A program made the translations under genes and the position numbers. DNA of 64,000 nucleotides, taken from the NCBI RefSeq assembly GCF_018977255.1, contig NW_024704742.1:107138001-107202000 (forward strand), given 5' to 3'. Position 1 is the stretch's first letter. Each line of letters begins with the position of its first letter. The notes beneath the pieces were generated by a model. That model did not search any database and was not told where the DNA came from. It saw only the letters and a program-made list of their open reading frames with translations. Below, piece after piece: positions 50,777-62,246 of this stretch. This DNA comes from Callorhinchus milii. Its lineage: Eukaryota.

Positions 50777-52312
50777 CATTGTCTCAAAGCACTTCACAGG
50801 ATTTTACCATAAAGTGTACAGCAAATCCTTTGAAGTCTTTTGAGACAATTCAACAACATGATAAGGTGCTATGCCAAATGTAAGGATTCTTCTCATTGTT
50901 CATAATTAGCACAAAGAATGGATTTTAGTACATTGCAAATGTGTTCCTAATACAGTACTTAGTTATTGCCACAGTTTCTTAATGAAGGACTAAACCTGTA
51001 ATCAGCACACTGCCCCTGAGCTAAACACCCACAGTCATTCCTCACCGTCAGCTGGACACTGGCTGATGAGGGTAAAAAAGGATTCAGATAGTTAGTTTAC
51101 TGATGTAGGGAGCTGAAACTCGTATGTAACTCCAACTCAAGAGGTCTCATTTGCCAAATGTTAGAAACTTGGAGACAATTGTCATGAAGACGTAAAAGGT
51201 GTATTCTGAAAGTTACAATGGTTATTCTGCAGTTACTACAGTGGAGTCTTATCATTCTGATCTATAGCTGCTTGCATTGTACATGTGTGCAGCTGGCAGG
51301 TTCATTCCCTGTATGCTGGCCGGTTCACTCCCCGTGTGCTAGCCAGTTCACTGCTATAATGGAAGGCTTTATACGAGGGCTGCACTGTGTAACAACAGAA
51401 TTGTTAATTGGAACATGTTATCACTGAAGGGCACTATACAAACATAAATCGTATTGAAACCAGGGATCATGCTGTCAGGAAAAATGGAGAGGGCACAGGA
51501 GCTGTTTATCAAACTCTTCAGAGCCAGCTTTGTGGTTGTGAAAATAAGTCCTGAACACAGGAAATAACTCTGAAATAACTTAGCACATTTCTTGGGAATA
51601 TCAGCATATCTACTTATGGGCACTCTCAAGTGAGACTTTCTAACTCATACGATTTATAAGATGGGAAGGCATCCAACTTTGAAATAAATTGGTGTATTTA
51701 CAGGCCTCTCAGCTGCCACAGGAATCCTTGTAGGTGCAGGAAATCACTGCTCAAAATAGGTTCTGTATTTGGATAGCTTCTCCACAGTGAGCTGTGAGTA
51801 AGTTGAAATGTAACTGTGAAGGGTGAAGGGAAAGAACAGGAGGATGAGATTAGATACGATGGGCTGAACGGCCTTCTGTGCTGTAAACTCTATGATTTTA
51901 CAATCTGGAAGGGGCTCTTTTTCAGGATAATTAAACTGGTTCAATAATAAGCAATGACACAGGCAACATTTATTATTTTACAAAGCACAACACCACCACT
52001 GTTGTAATGCCTCTTCATCGATACATTGCTTACGGTGCATTTAGAGTTTAACAATCCACAGGAAAATGTTTAAAACTGCTCCAGATTTGGGGCTGATGCT
52101 TAGTTCAGAAGGCACATAAAATATAATCATATCCACTTTACAGTATATCCTATGAAGCGCTTTGAGTTGTCTCGAAGATGTGATAAGGCGCCATATCAAA
52201 ATGTAAGAATTATTAGAAGGATTATATTGTAAAAGGTTTGATGAACTGGTTGGAGATACAAAGTGTTTTTTTTTGTTTAAATCTCCACGGACAAAATGCT
52301 TTCTCTCCTCAG

Positions 52313-52488
52313 ACTCTCAGCAACTGCGCCTGTATCAGCACGGAGTTTGGTCAGAACGCCACGGCTGTGGCAGGGCGATGCCCCCGGACCAACTGTGAGC
52401 TCACCTTCCCGGCTTTCTTTGCGGTTGTTTGCGTTGGCAGCCTGATCGGTGCCATGGCTCAGACGCCATCCGTCATGATACTCATCAG
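52313..52488 (+). CDS. SLCO3A1: SLCO3A-family exon 8 equivalent (176 nt)
   Basis: ttctctcctcag acceptor, gtgagt donor. Encodes TLSNCACISTEFGQNATAVAGRCPRTNCELTFPAFFAVVCVGSLIGAMAQTPSVMILI(R); phase 0/2. Confidence 0.95.
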
Positions 52489-53398
52489 GTGAGTGAGCGC
52501 ATTCCAGGGGAACAGAACAAAAGAGGCAAATTACATTTTTATAGCTCCTTCTCACATTGAAATGTCTCAAAGATAATTACCGTCAAATGTAGGGACCGTC
52601 TTTTGTAGGCAAACACGGCAGCCAGTTTATGCGTAAAACAATGCAATTTACATTTATGTAGACCCTTTCATGTTAGGGGGGTGGGGAGGGGAAAGGTGAC
52701 TGAAGGTGCAGTCAGAGGTCACACATCAAGATCTCACACACAGCCATGACCAACTTACGTGGAGGATTGTAGGTCAAAACATTAGAGAATCATTTTTTCT
52801 TGAATAGTGTCATGGAATATTAACGTCCACCTGTACATGGAGATGGGGTCTTGGTCTCATTGCTACATCCAACAACACAGCCTTCTCCAATACTGCACTG
52901 TGGTTTCATCCTCAAATATACATGGAACTTGAGCTTTCTGACTACAGAGGGCTACCAACAGAGCCAAGCTGATGTCAGTCAAGGATGGTTTTGTTCTTAC
53001 TTGCAGAGCTTGTCAGTACAGCTCTGTGAAGAGAAAGAGTGAGCAGATTGGATTATTGCACAAGGGAGGGAGGGTCACATGTGTATATATGAAAATTATT
53101 GTCAAAAATAGCTTTTAACTATCAAATGAATTTGCATATGAACAGCCTGCCCCCCCATTCTATTTTGACACAGTGATTTGTTCCAGTCTCTGACTGGCAG
53201 TACTTTTGTTGCTGTTTTGGTCCCATACTCTTTCCTGTGTCCCATGGAGCGCTGATCTGCATGTGGTGGTTAAGAATAGTACATGTGAGAGTGTGTTATT
53301 GCGTGATTTCAACACTACACAGAAACAAGCTCAGCATTACAGACTGGCTCATGAAATGCAGCTGGTGATAATTAGTTTGCTTTTCTTTCCCTTTGCAG

Positions 53399-53463
53399 GT
53401 CGGTGAATCCTGAGAATAAATCGTACGCCCTTGGTGTCCAGTTCCTCATGCTCAGATTACTTG
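53399..53463 (+). CDS. SLCO3A1: SLCO3A-family exon 9 equivalent (65 nt)
   Basis: ttttctttccctttgcag acceptor, gtgaga donor. Encodes (R)SVNPENKSYALGVQFLMLRLL(G), including the conserved TM11 arginine; phase 2/1. Confidence 0.94.
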
Positions 53464-56400
53464 GTGAGACTTTGCTTCATTTAATGAGACATTGGGGTGA
53501 AAAATGTGACTGTTAATGTGTTAAGGAACGCATGACTGAACATTCAGTTTGTTGATAACTAAAGACATCTACAATTGATATGAATTGAAATGATTAATGT
53601 ATTTGACATCTGAGAGCTTTCTTCAAAGGTATTTTGAGAAGATAGAGAGGCTATTTTTAGAACTGATGAATCTTTCTTGCACAAAATCTATGGGGTATAA
53701 TTTGCAGTGTTCCTTAACATGTTCCTTAATTTAACACCAGTGTTAATAATCACAAAAAAGCAGTATTTTCAATGTCAGCCCCACATGCCTCGAATTTCAC
53801 CTAGTCTTAGCCTGTTAGCCTGTTTTGTCTTAAAATTTAAGACTGCAGAATTGTGAAATATTATTTAATTCAGTTTTAATTTGGAAACTGTTTTGCCGCA
53901 ATTTGTTGAAAAAGGCTTCCAAAATCAAACTGTTTTGAGGAATTTTCCACAATTCTGTGCAATCTCGAATTATAAGACAAAACGGTTGTACAGGTTGAGA
54001 CGAGGTGGAATTTGGAGAGAGCATTCCAAGCTCACTGCACACTAAACCTGTTATAATGCCCTGCCTGGCCACCGGTGGCAGTACCAGCCTGAGTACCTCT
54101 CATTTCCAAACTAATCCACTGCCGTTTTGAGTATTTCAGCTCTGAAAGAGAGATTAAAGTTTGAGAGGTTCTTGGCCCTTGGAGGGTCAGGTAGTATATA
54201 TTGTAAGACTGATTTTCTCCATCAAAAATTGTTTTGATCAAGACCCAGAAAGTGTTTAATTGATGTTGGCGCCTCAGGTGCCAGGGTATTATAATAGGTT
54301 TAGTGTCAGCAAGGAATGCTAAAGGCACACAAAACACCACTTACTGTGCGGCGATAAGGAATGCATTGAGGAATACCCTAAGCTTTACCCCAAGTGTCCT
54401 AACTCACTCAGAAGCCCTGAATGTGCTGGTGTTCATCAGGCCTCTGTACATTGGCCAGGTAACAATTCTTCATGTGTTAGCCTAGATAGTTTGTCACCAG
54501 GCTACCCATCAACAAGATCAAGTGTGAACCAGGCCACACTTGATGCATTCCCACTCACACCTTCCAGAACTAAGGTATTTGAATATCTATTAGGAGAAAC
54601 TGTAGCTGATTTAAGATTAGGTCAGTATCCAGGGAAACAGGGTGGAATTGCTGCTCCCGTGATCGGGAATAATTTCAGGCTCAACAATTCCTGCTCTCTA
54701 CAAACATAGCATCAATGATAGAAACTACAGAACCCGTGGGCAAAACCATTCTCTGGAAGTCAGACAGTATCCCAAACCCATTGTTAAGGACTGCTTTTAA
54801 GGATATATTTTAACTGCTTTGTCACTGGTGATAATTATGACATCGCACACAAATTTGTTCCCCAGGTTTTTCCTTGCTATTTGTGTTGTCTGTATCAACT
54901 CTCTCTCTCTCTCACTCTCTGTTGATTTAGTTTCTGCATACATGTTGTTTTCTCATCTCTCTTTGTGTTGCTTTCACCCCTTTCTTTCTATCATTTATTC
55001 CTCTTTCCTTTGTGCTCCCATGTGTGTACCCATTTCAAATTCGCCTTTCACAACTTTTATTTTCTGATAGCGGACCTTCCCCACTGTGTAGAGACAGGTC
55101 TTTAAATGCCATACTACTACTAATCCTTACATCTGGTGTGCCTTATCACATCAAAATGTCTTGGGGAGCGACAGGATTTAATGTTGAATGCATTGGCCTT
55201 ATTTTGTAGGCGAATCTGGCCAACACTTTGTACACATCAATATCCCACAAAGTCATGAAGTGAATGACTAATTTTGCCTGGAGGATTGTTGGCCAGGACA
55301 CCAGGAGAAGAAACTTTCTCTTTTTTAAAAGTAATACCACAGGATCTTTATCATCCGCCTGAATAGGCAGACATCGGGATCTCTTAACTAAAGAACAATA
55401 CATCCGACCATACTACATTGGCCTAGAGACCTTGAGTTCAAAGTCCTGATGGGGGCTTGAACTCATAATCTATCTGGTGTCAGTGGTGAAAGTTCTCCCA
55501 ACTCAGGACTGACATAGTCATGGATACAAAATGTACATCACATACCTGTACAGTCATATTTATCTTGCGGTTCTGCTTGAACAGCAGAGCGGTGTGCTAA
55601 ATGTGCCATTATCTCAAGCTGCTGTGTCCTAGTTTGAGATCCTAAGGGAGTTGCAGAAAGGATGAGGGATCGGATACCAACTTATAGGATTTATATTGGC
55701 CCTGATTTCACAGGAGTGGCTCCCTGCAGAGAGCCACATTAAAATGGAAGATCAGAGCTATGATCTTTCAATGTTTTATTCACAAAACCTATACAGAGGT
55801 GGGAGGACATGTTATTAAAGGATCTTCCTTCACTTCTTTTCTCCTTTAATGTTGTAGAAGTTAATTTGAATGGAAAAATAGGCCCTAAGAGATAAGCATT
55901 TGACAAAGCTAGTTTCAAAGCCACAATGTGTGAGACCGAGCCAAGCATGTATTGTTTTAAAGACTTTCGAGCTTCACCAGGTTTGCCGAATTGTAAAAGT
56001 GAGTGGTATTAATGCATGTCAGTTTGGGATGTACCTACCCTTTGTTACATTTCACAGTCACTGGAGCTGCAGTTACCTTAACCTAATGTAAGTACTTTGG
56101 TTTGATACACACAGCACCACCAGTAAAACAGATCATAATTATATGTAGACTGACCAGATTATCAAATTAAAATCAATGCAAAATAGATTAGAAATCATTT
56201 GTTAGCCATGTATCAACATCAGCCATATGAAACGCCTTACTTTGAAATACATAAATATATAGCAGTAAGCAGACACAATTACATTTTGATGCAATATTTA
56301 CTCTTATTAGTTTTGTCCTTTCCTGTTGCATGAAGTGACTCAGATAAATGGAAATATTTTAAATCTATCATGTTAACCAGTGGTTTTTTCTTATATTTTT

Positions 56401-56904
56401 GGGTTCAGGTGTTTACCATTATTTTACATCTGGACTGTAACTCAATAATAAGGCTGAAACATAGAGGCCTTTGAAAATAACTTTACGGTTCATTTATAAT
56501 GTACATTGGTTGCTGGGTTATTGTAGGTAGTAAGATACTTACCAATCCCTCTCACATTTTACTAAAATGTGACAGAGAACCACAACTTGAAGCTCACTAT
56601 CAGATCTTGCAAGCGTAGAGCAATTTACTTTGGATATACTTCTGACAAATGCAGAACAGATGAGAAATGTGAAGATAAGATAGTATTAGCTCTGTGGTGT
56701 GTGACTCCCTCCCCCACCTCCACTCCACCAGCGTATAGCCTCAGACCTTTCTCATCAGCCGCAGCATGGTGTGGAAAATTAGCATTTACATAATATTCAT
56801 GTGCACTGTTGGGCATATTTTATCCAGGAAGCATATTATACGTTTGCACACACAGAGAGCAAAGCCATCCTTATCTGAGCAGCACATCCCAGCTTGAACT
56901 GTAT

Positions 56905-57190
56905 CAGCATTGTAAATGAAATNCAAGCAGTGACATTTTTTAAAGACTGATCTCACAGTGGCTTTTGAATCATGGGTAAAACAACATTTGAGAGTGTTCT
57001 ATTTATCATATAAAACATTACTCGTGTCAGATAATGGACCTGCACACCCCCAGTGGAGATTTCAAAGGCGAGAGCACATTTGGATGATGTGTTCTCCACC
57101 CAACATGAGATTGCTGTTTCAGCCCATTGAGCTGGGAATGCTTGAAGCTGTCAATTCATGTTGCTGGAATGTCTGGTGCAGAAGCTTCAG
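56905..57190 (+). mobile_element. Tigger/pogo (DDE_1) transposase remnant
   Basis: KTLLVSDNGPAHP...MCSPPNMRLLFQPIELGML matches the pogo/Tigger K.LL.LDNAPxH...FLPPNTTSLxQPxDxG pattern. No TIRs identified. Confidence 0.7.
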
Positions 57191-59344
57191 GGGCTGAGAG
57201 TGAAGGGCAGTAGTTGAACCTGAAGTCCACACATGGCTGCACATCTATGAGAAAGCACTGTTACTGTGTCTCTTAGCACAAGACACCAGTGACCCGAAAC
57301 CATCGATGACCCAGAGTGGAAGATGTAGATGGAGCAAGGTTATGATCTGGTCAACCATGCATTCATAAGGATCATTTCAGATTTAAACATAGGTGCAGAG
57401 TGTTGGGTTGTGGCAGCAATGGCTAACCAATGGTGCTCATCAAACCAAATAATCCAGCAAATTGTCTTTGAGAACACAACCAGAGGTGGTGCCGGATCAA
57501 TGGTTCTGACAGGGATAACACTGCTCCAGACTGTCACAATTTTCCACATCATAAGGTCACAAAATTGGTTCAGATGAAGAGGTCCTTCGGCCCATTTGAT
57601 TTCATCCTTCCTGAATACCTTACTAACTTTCCGTCACAGAATCAAGTTTTTTTTAAATGTTTCCAGAGTCCTGGCCTCAAACACTCTTACAGTTATCAAT
57701 TAATTGCCCTCTGGGTAAAGAAATGCCTCCTGGTGTCCCATCCTGAAATTGCTATTTTGCAACTCAAAATCTATGTTCTCTTCTACTGTCTTAGTGCATC
57801 CTAAAGTATTGTCCCAGGTTTCCTTTTTCAGTCCCATTTAAATAAAATGGTTTCCCTATAAAGTTCCCTCTGAGACATCTTTCAGTACTGAAGAAAACTA
57901 GCTCATTCCTCTAACTTTGGGGATCATTCTCATTGTTATTCAGCACATATTTGATGCCCCGTACACCGCTTGGATTTTATTCTGATGGATTGTATGTTCT
58001 TGCTCAATTCACTTTACAATATATTCTGTGAAGCGCTTTGAGACCTCTCAAAGACATGATAAGACACAATATCAAATGCAAGGATTATTATTCTGTTTGC
58101 AACAGATTCTAAACAACAGCATAAAATATTTGTTTGTCATTAAATGTTATACTTTGAATAATCTAAACATTGTATACATTCACAAAGGCTTAGTTGAGGT
58201 CAGTATTTGCAGGGATTTTGTTTTGCAATTCGAATATTTTTGAGGCAATTCAAATTGGCTGCTGCTTTTGCCTGTAGAATAGTTATTACACTTTACAGTA
58301 AATCTCCATCCAGAATATATTCTCTTCTCCCCCTCCCTTGCCTCCTCCAAGGCCCATCTCAAGACCTTCCTCTTTGACTGTGCCTTTGACCACCATCCCA
58401 GCCCCCTTCTATCCACCCCCTCTTAATTCCAACCCCCAGCTCAGGTGCAAATCCTGAACTGTCCAGAACCTTGGGACGTCCTTCCGATATGAAAGGCTAT
58501 AAATATAAATGTAATTTGTTGTTGTTTTTGCCACTTGGGCATCACAAGGGCCAAGGCTATTGTTGTATTACATGCATATCATGAAGGGTTTCTAAAGGCT
58601 GAAGAGAAAATAACGTATGATTTATTTTGCACAAAATTGCTTCTGTGCACAGAGGCTATTTTGAGTTGTCACAAAAGCAATTAATCAAGTCCAGTTCGTT
58701 CAGAATCAAATATTGAAGATTATTGAGGTTTTGGCACTGAGCTTTGCCATCTAATAGCTGTTTATTCACTTGCGCTAGGCCAAGAGCCTTCACATTGTCA
58801 TGGTACTAATGGGTCTACCAACTATGCAATTCCAGACTGCTGAAAAGTAGTTTATAAACCTGCTTCTCGCCCTTCTGTGAGGATGTGCAGTTATACGCCT
58901 AGCGATCGACCTTTGCAGATGTCAGCTCCCTGACTACCTGCACAGTCTCTGTTTTCGGGCAGGGGGATTTCAATGTGTGATGTTAACTAACAAGTGCAAG
59001 TCAATGCATCACTGAAAAAGCGACCAGTCTATATGTTACTTATTGACTGCTCCTTGGTGTGCTAGCTGTTATTCCCTAACAAAATTAACAATGGGATCGC
59101 GCCCTGAATGTGAGCCATGCCTTGTGTTAGACTTCTGGTACAGCTTAATTAAAAAGAAATATTAGAGTTGAGATAGTTTTCTGCTATGATCACTCTAATG
59201 CAAGTCACAAGTTCAATGCTTGGCACAGCCATTTCAGTCTCACTCTGAAAATCAGAATGGTTTTAATGCTAGAGGTGGACCTAAGATTTTTAGTGATCCC
59301 ACAAAATGAAGTTTGTCCAGAGCATGAATTTAGGTCTAAGGTCA

Positions 59345-59497
59345 GGGTGGGGAGCAGAAGCTAAGTCTGAGCAGGAGCTGGGGGCAGGAGCTCAACAAGA
59401 TCTGGAGCTGATCCTGAGCTGGAGTCTAGTATGAGCCGGAGTTGGAGCCAGGTCTGAGGTGGAGCCAAAACTGAGCTGAGTCTGAGCTGGAGCTGCC
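59345..59497. repeat. Degenerate hexamer repeat (gagctg/gagccg/gagtct)
   Basis: About 150 bp of GAGCWG-type units with 6-bp periodicity. Confidence 0.65.
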
Positions 59498-59974
59498 TCA
59501 GCCTTCGCAAGTGATGTATTCGGGCTGTGTGGAAGCATCCATTCAAAGAGACTGTGTTCTCATGTTTGCCCAAGTATTTCTGTGTGACACAAATCATTCA
59601 ATATCCCACAGAAATAAATGACTCTCTCTACAATGTTGCTTCAGAATTTTAGAACCAATATTTGCTGAAGATGGTCTGGCCATGGAAGCTGTGAGTTGAT
59701 TGATGGCTATCTTTGTTTTATTGGTTCGCTGGAGAACCATGTAAAACGAAGAACATTACTTGTAAATTAGGCTTGAAATCAGCACTTCATGCCCTTTGGC
59801 TTTTAAGTGGTGCCCTTTGTTTTCCACTGCATGAATACTTAAACTGTGTCATCAAATGAAGGTTTGTTAGTACGCCTTGTTGCACTTAAACCCAAATCAA
59901 TAACACGCATGGTCTGCTTTGGAGGATTAGCAGCACATGTATCCACAGGCTCATTTGACAAATAAACATTTATC

Positions 59975-60466
59975 CTCGGTGATTTCTAGAGTTACTTACT
60001 AATACAAAAGAGCATAGAATGAGAAAAGCCTGCTCCTTACACAGCCGCACTAAAAGAGTGGTGCGGAACTCAGGGGTTTCTTTATATGGGCCATTGGCAC
60101 GGGTATTGGGGGAAAAGAGAGCTCTTTCGGAGAAAAAGGCTGCATTTAAATCGTGCTGGGACAAATGTCCTAGCTAAACGAATTAACAGGGAAATAAATA
60201 GGAATTTAAACTAGTAAAGGGGGGGGGGAATATATAGGTAAGAGAAACCATAAGTTAGCATTAGAAAAGTAAAGATGACAGTGCAGAATAGCATGCCAGA
60301 TAATAGGAATATGTTAACTAGGGGTAAGAAGCTTGGCAAAGTAGATAACGAATCAGAGAGTAGAGGAAATGGTAGGAAATTAAAAATGTTATATCTGAAT
60401 GCGCGAAGCATTCGGAATAAAACTGATGAATTAAAAGCACAGATAGACACATATGGGTACGTCTAG
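59975..60466 (+). mobile_element. CR1 LINE internal fragment spanning the ORF1 end (esterase-like) and ORF2 start (APE endonuclease)
   Basis: KEWCGTQGFLYMGHWHGYWGKRELFRRKRLHLNRAGTNVLAKRINREINRNLN* (stop 60212-14; resembles the DGLHLN block of the CR1 ORF1 SGNH esterase), then LKMLYLNARSIRNKTDELKAQIDTYGY (start of the APE domain). Confidence 0.85.
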
Positions 60467-61863
60467 TACGATCACAAAATATAGTCAATTCACTTTACCA
60501 CTTTACAGTATGTTCTGTGACGTGCTTTGAGACTTCTTGGTGATGTGATAAGGCGCTGTATCAAATCCAAGGATTATTATTGTTATTATCTCTGTTCCAT
60601 ACAGATAATATCCAGTTTGTTTTCGGAAGAGATTAGCTAATTCTGGGATTAACTGTGAAAAACAATTAAACTATTAATCGATTGCGATTAAACAACTTAT
60701 TTTACTGTGGACTGTATGAGTGTGAGCATCTCTTATATGAAAGTTGTAAAACATTGTCTCAGAATCTTAATATTCTTTAGTCAATTCACTTTATTCATAT
60801 TCTGTGAAGCGCTTTGAGATGTCTCAATGACGTGATGACCCTATATCAAATGCAAGGAATATTATTATATTCAATTCTGCTTTTGAGATTTTTGGGCTAA
60901 GTTTATTTAAATAATAAAAAAAAAGTCCCTTACTGGAGTTTCCAAACTCAATGTAATAGGTAATAATATTAATCCTTACATTTCATTTAGGACTTCATCA
61001 CGTTGTTGAAATATCTCACAGTGCTTCACAGGATATAATGGACTGTATATTTGTAGGTGAATGAACATAAAAATGGAAGCATATCACTCCACAATTAAAA
61101 CAATATTTCAACATTCACACACACACAGAAATTTTTGCTAGTATCCTCACTTCATCAGACCTCATTACCTGAACGATATAGTCAAAGAGGATCAGCAAAA
61201 AATAGTTGTCTGAATGGCACAGAGCATCAATGCACCCTGTGTGGGATACTGAGTCACACTGATCAGGTTTGTTCTGTGCTCAGTTAGGGGGTATCACCGA
61301 GGCAGCACTTAGCTTCAGTATTGCTGCATCAAGGAGGGAAGAAATCAAGCAAGTTCCTGCTCTTGATTGCAGAGGCTCACCCATTAAGATGATAATTGAG
61401 GCAAGATACTGAAGGCTGCTGACTCTTGTGAAACTAATGGCCTTCAAGAGAATAATGGAAAAATATTGGAGAAAAATCTACAGAAATAGGCAGTTACAGT
61501 AAAGTCAACAACATATTTTGTAGTGGAGAGGGAGGATATGGCACGTGAGACTATCATTGGTGATGTTTGTTTCATTTACCTAAAATGCAGTCAAAAGCAA
61601 TCGGTAGCTATCACTGTCTCTGAGGAACCCCCTCAATCCCTCAAGATCAGTGACACCTAATCGGTTACCGTTTACTGCATGTTGTCTGATGTGCTAATTG
61701 TCACCAGTAATAATATTACATACCGCAATATATACTCCTTTGATTTTAGAAAGAGCTACTGATGTTAGCATTCAGTTATTAGCTATCTGTTATTCTATAT
61801 TTCACTGGTCTTGTATAATTAACCATGCACATTTAATTTATTCTGTTTTCTTATCCTGTTTAG

Positions 61864-62246
61864 GTTTTATCCCACCACCACTCATCTTTGGGGCTGCGAT
61901 TGACTCCACCTGTCTCGTCTGGTCTGAAACCTGCAATAAAAGTGGAGCATGTGCAGTATATGACAATGACTCATACAGATATCTTTACGTGAGCATTGCC
62001 ATTGGTTTGAAGACCATTGCGTTTATACTGTATACAATGACCTGGCACTGCATAAAGACTCATTCCAAGAGGTACATTCAGGGCGATGGGGACACAGTTG
62101 GGCGAATGACTACTTCAGATCTGTTTGCATCCACATTAACATTGGATGCAGCTGCAGCAGACACCAGCAAACCAACTGGAAGGACAACATTTATCTACCA
62201 TTTGGGAGAGAATGAAATGTGTGAAAACATGGAATCTGTTCTTTAA
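61864..62246 (+). CDS. SLCO3A1: SLCO3A-family terminal coding exon (exon 10 equivalent), stop TAA 62244-62246
   Basis: ttatcctgtttag acceptor. Encodes GFIPPPLIFGAAIDSTCLVWSETCNKSGACAVYDN...FASTLTLD...FIYHLGENEMCENMESVL*. The CENMESVL end matches the long OATP3A1 isoform as recalled and forms a class I PDZ-binding motif (S-V-L). Confidence 0.96.

Noticed and set aside
51063..51125. CTGATGA...GAAA hammerhead-like motif
   Set aside because: No convincing stem II, stem I or stem III pairing around the motifs; likely chance.
59345..59497. GAGCT-rich tract resembling an immunoglobulin switch region or a coding repeat
   Set aside because: Only about 150 bp with 6-bp rather than 5-bp periodicity, no Ig segments nearby and no supported splice sites. 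A decayed simple repeat.
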